From Naegleria gruberi (lineage: Eukaryota): a DNA stretch of 64,000 bases. Shown here piece after piece: positions 63,589 through 64,000 of this stretch. The notes under the pieces are model-generated. The model was given only the letters and a program-made list of their open reading frames with translations, ran no database searches and was not told the DNA's origin. The translations under genes and the position numbers were made by a program. The stretch lies in assembly GCA_000004985.1 (NCBI GenBank), contig GG738896.1, one strand, 5' to 3'. The stretch's first letter is position 1; each line of letters begins with the position of its first letter.

Positions 63589-64000
63589 TTAAAAAACTTT
63601 GAAGCTCACTGAAATTCTTCTCAAAATTTTCCTTAAATTGTAAAATATTTCCAAGTCACTAATCATTTTGACTCGTTGTTTCAATTCATTCAAGTAGACA
63701 ATCTGAGTCTTCTTTTGAGCTTCCATTTCATCCATAAACTTTTCACTATTCTTATTAACTCTAAAATAAGAATCATTCTTATATTTGGTAATAACATTTT
63801 GTTGCACTTTTGTGGAATTATTAATTTTTTGAATAATTTTAGTGAAATCAAGTTTAGTTTCCAATGAGTAGAATTCCATTTTAAGATCATTTAAGGATGA
63901 CGATGATTGAACTTGAGAATTACTCGAAACAAGTTGATCAATTTCCATAACTGAATATTTCACTTTCGGTTGAGATGATGCTTGACTTTTGACTTGTTGT
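63589..64000 (-). CDS. Hypothetical coiled-coil protein, 5' partial (runs off the window end)
   Basis: The minus-strand ORF is open to position 64000. No domain recognised. Confidence 0.35.
   Translation of the reverse strand, partial: QQVKSQASSQPKVKYSVMEIDQLVSSNSQVQSSSSLNDLKMEFYSLETKLDFTKIIQKINNSTKVQQNVITKYKNDSYFRVNKNSEKFMDEMEAQKKTQIVYLNELKQRVKMISDLEIFYNLRKILRRISVSFKVF

Noticed and set aside
1-64000. Prokaryotic operon or defence-island interpretation of the window
   Set aside because: The sequence has spliceosomal introns with GTAAGT...AG borders, eukaryotic gene families (histone-tail motif, Pescadillo, syntaxin 5, PGAP1, F-box, Rho/Ran), dispersed Pol III genes with T-run terminators, and no Shine-Dalgarno or operon organisation. 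It is eukaryotic nuclear DNA.

Overview
This is AT-rich nuclear DNA from a unicellular eukaryote, not a prokaryote. Genes are spliced by short introns of about 40-180 nt, most 40-70 nt, with GTAAGT or GTATGT donors and AG acceptors. Single-exon genes occur on both strands at roughly one gene per 1.5-2 kb. RNA polymerase III genes are dispersed through the window. The domain repertoire is many F-box genes, DUF4116 repeats, RCC1 and Kelch propellers, numerous kinases, and dispersed 5S genes. This is compatible with a free-living amoeboid protist, heterolobosean- or amoebozoan-like, but I cannot assign the organism from sequence alone. Two runs of N at 15823-16127 and 21125-21911 are assembly gaps, and each interrupts a gene.

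What I can support:
- About 45 protein-coding genes.
- RNA genes: three dispersed 5S rRNA genes; four tRNA-Gly(TCC) copies with conserved flanks; and tRNA-Pro(TGG), tRNA-Lys(CTT) and tRNA-Ala(AGC).
- Recognisable housekeeping genes: mitochondrial ADP/ATP carrier, Pescadillo, Grx3/PICOT, NAA30, PGAP1/Bst1, syntaxin 5, a TSUP/TauE transporter, and a ZNF706-like gene.
- Many F-box, LRR, Kelch, RCC1, ankyrin and kinase genes.

Most notable observations:
1. An 857-aa FG-repeat/ankyrin protein whose first 20 residues are a near-perfect copy of the histone H3 N-terminal tail (TARKSTGGKAPRKQ).
2. A receptor-like kinase whose activation-segment APE motif is restored only by a 6-nt microexon (GCACCA).
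3. Two F-box-small-GTPase fusion genes: Kelch-F-box-Rho with a CAAX end, and F-box-Ran-like.
4. F-box genes bracketed by inverted or direct copies of a tRNA-Gly repeat unit, including a 282-bp segmental duplication that copies the 3' end of a kinase gene.
5. A bacterial-type AhpD/CMD gene and a CH-domain protein with a SHOCT-like tail.

I see no CRISPR array and no operon structure.
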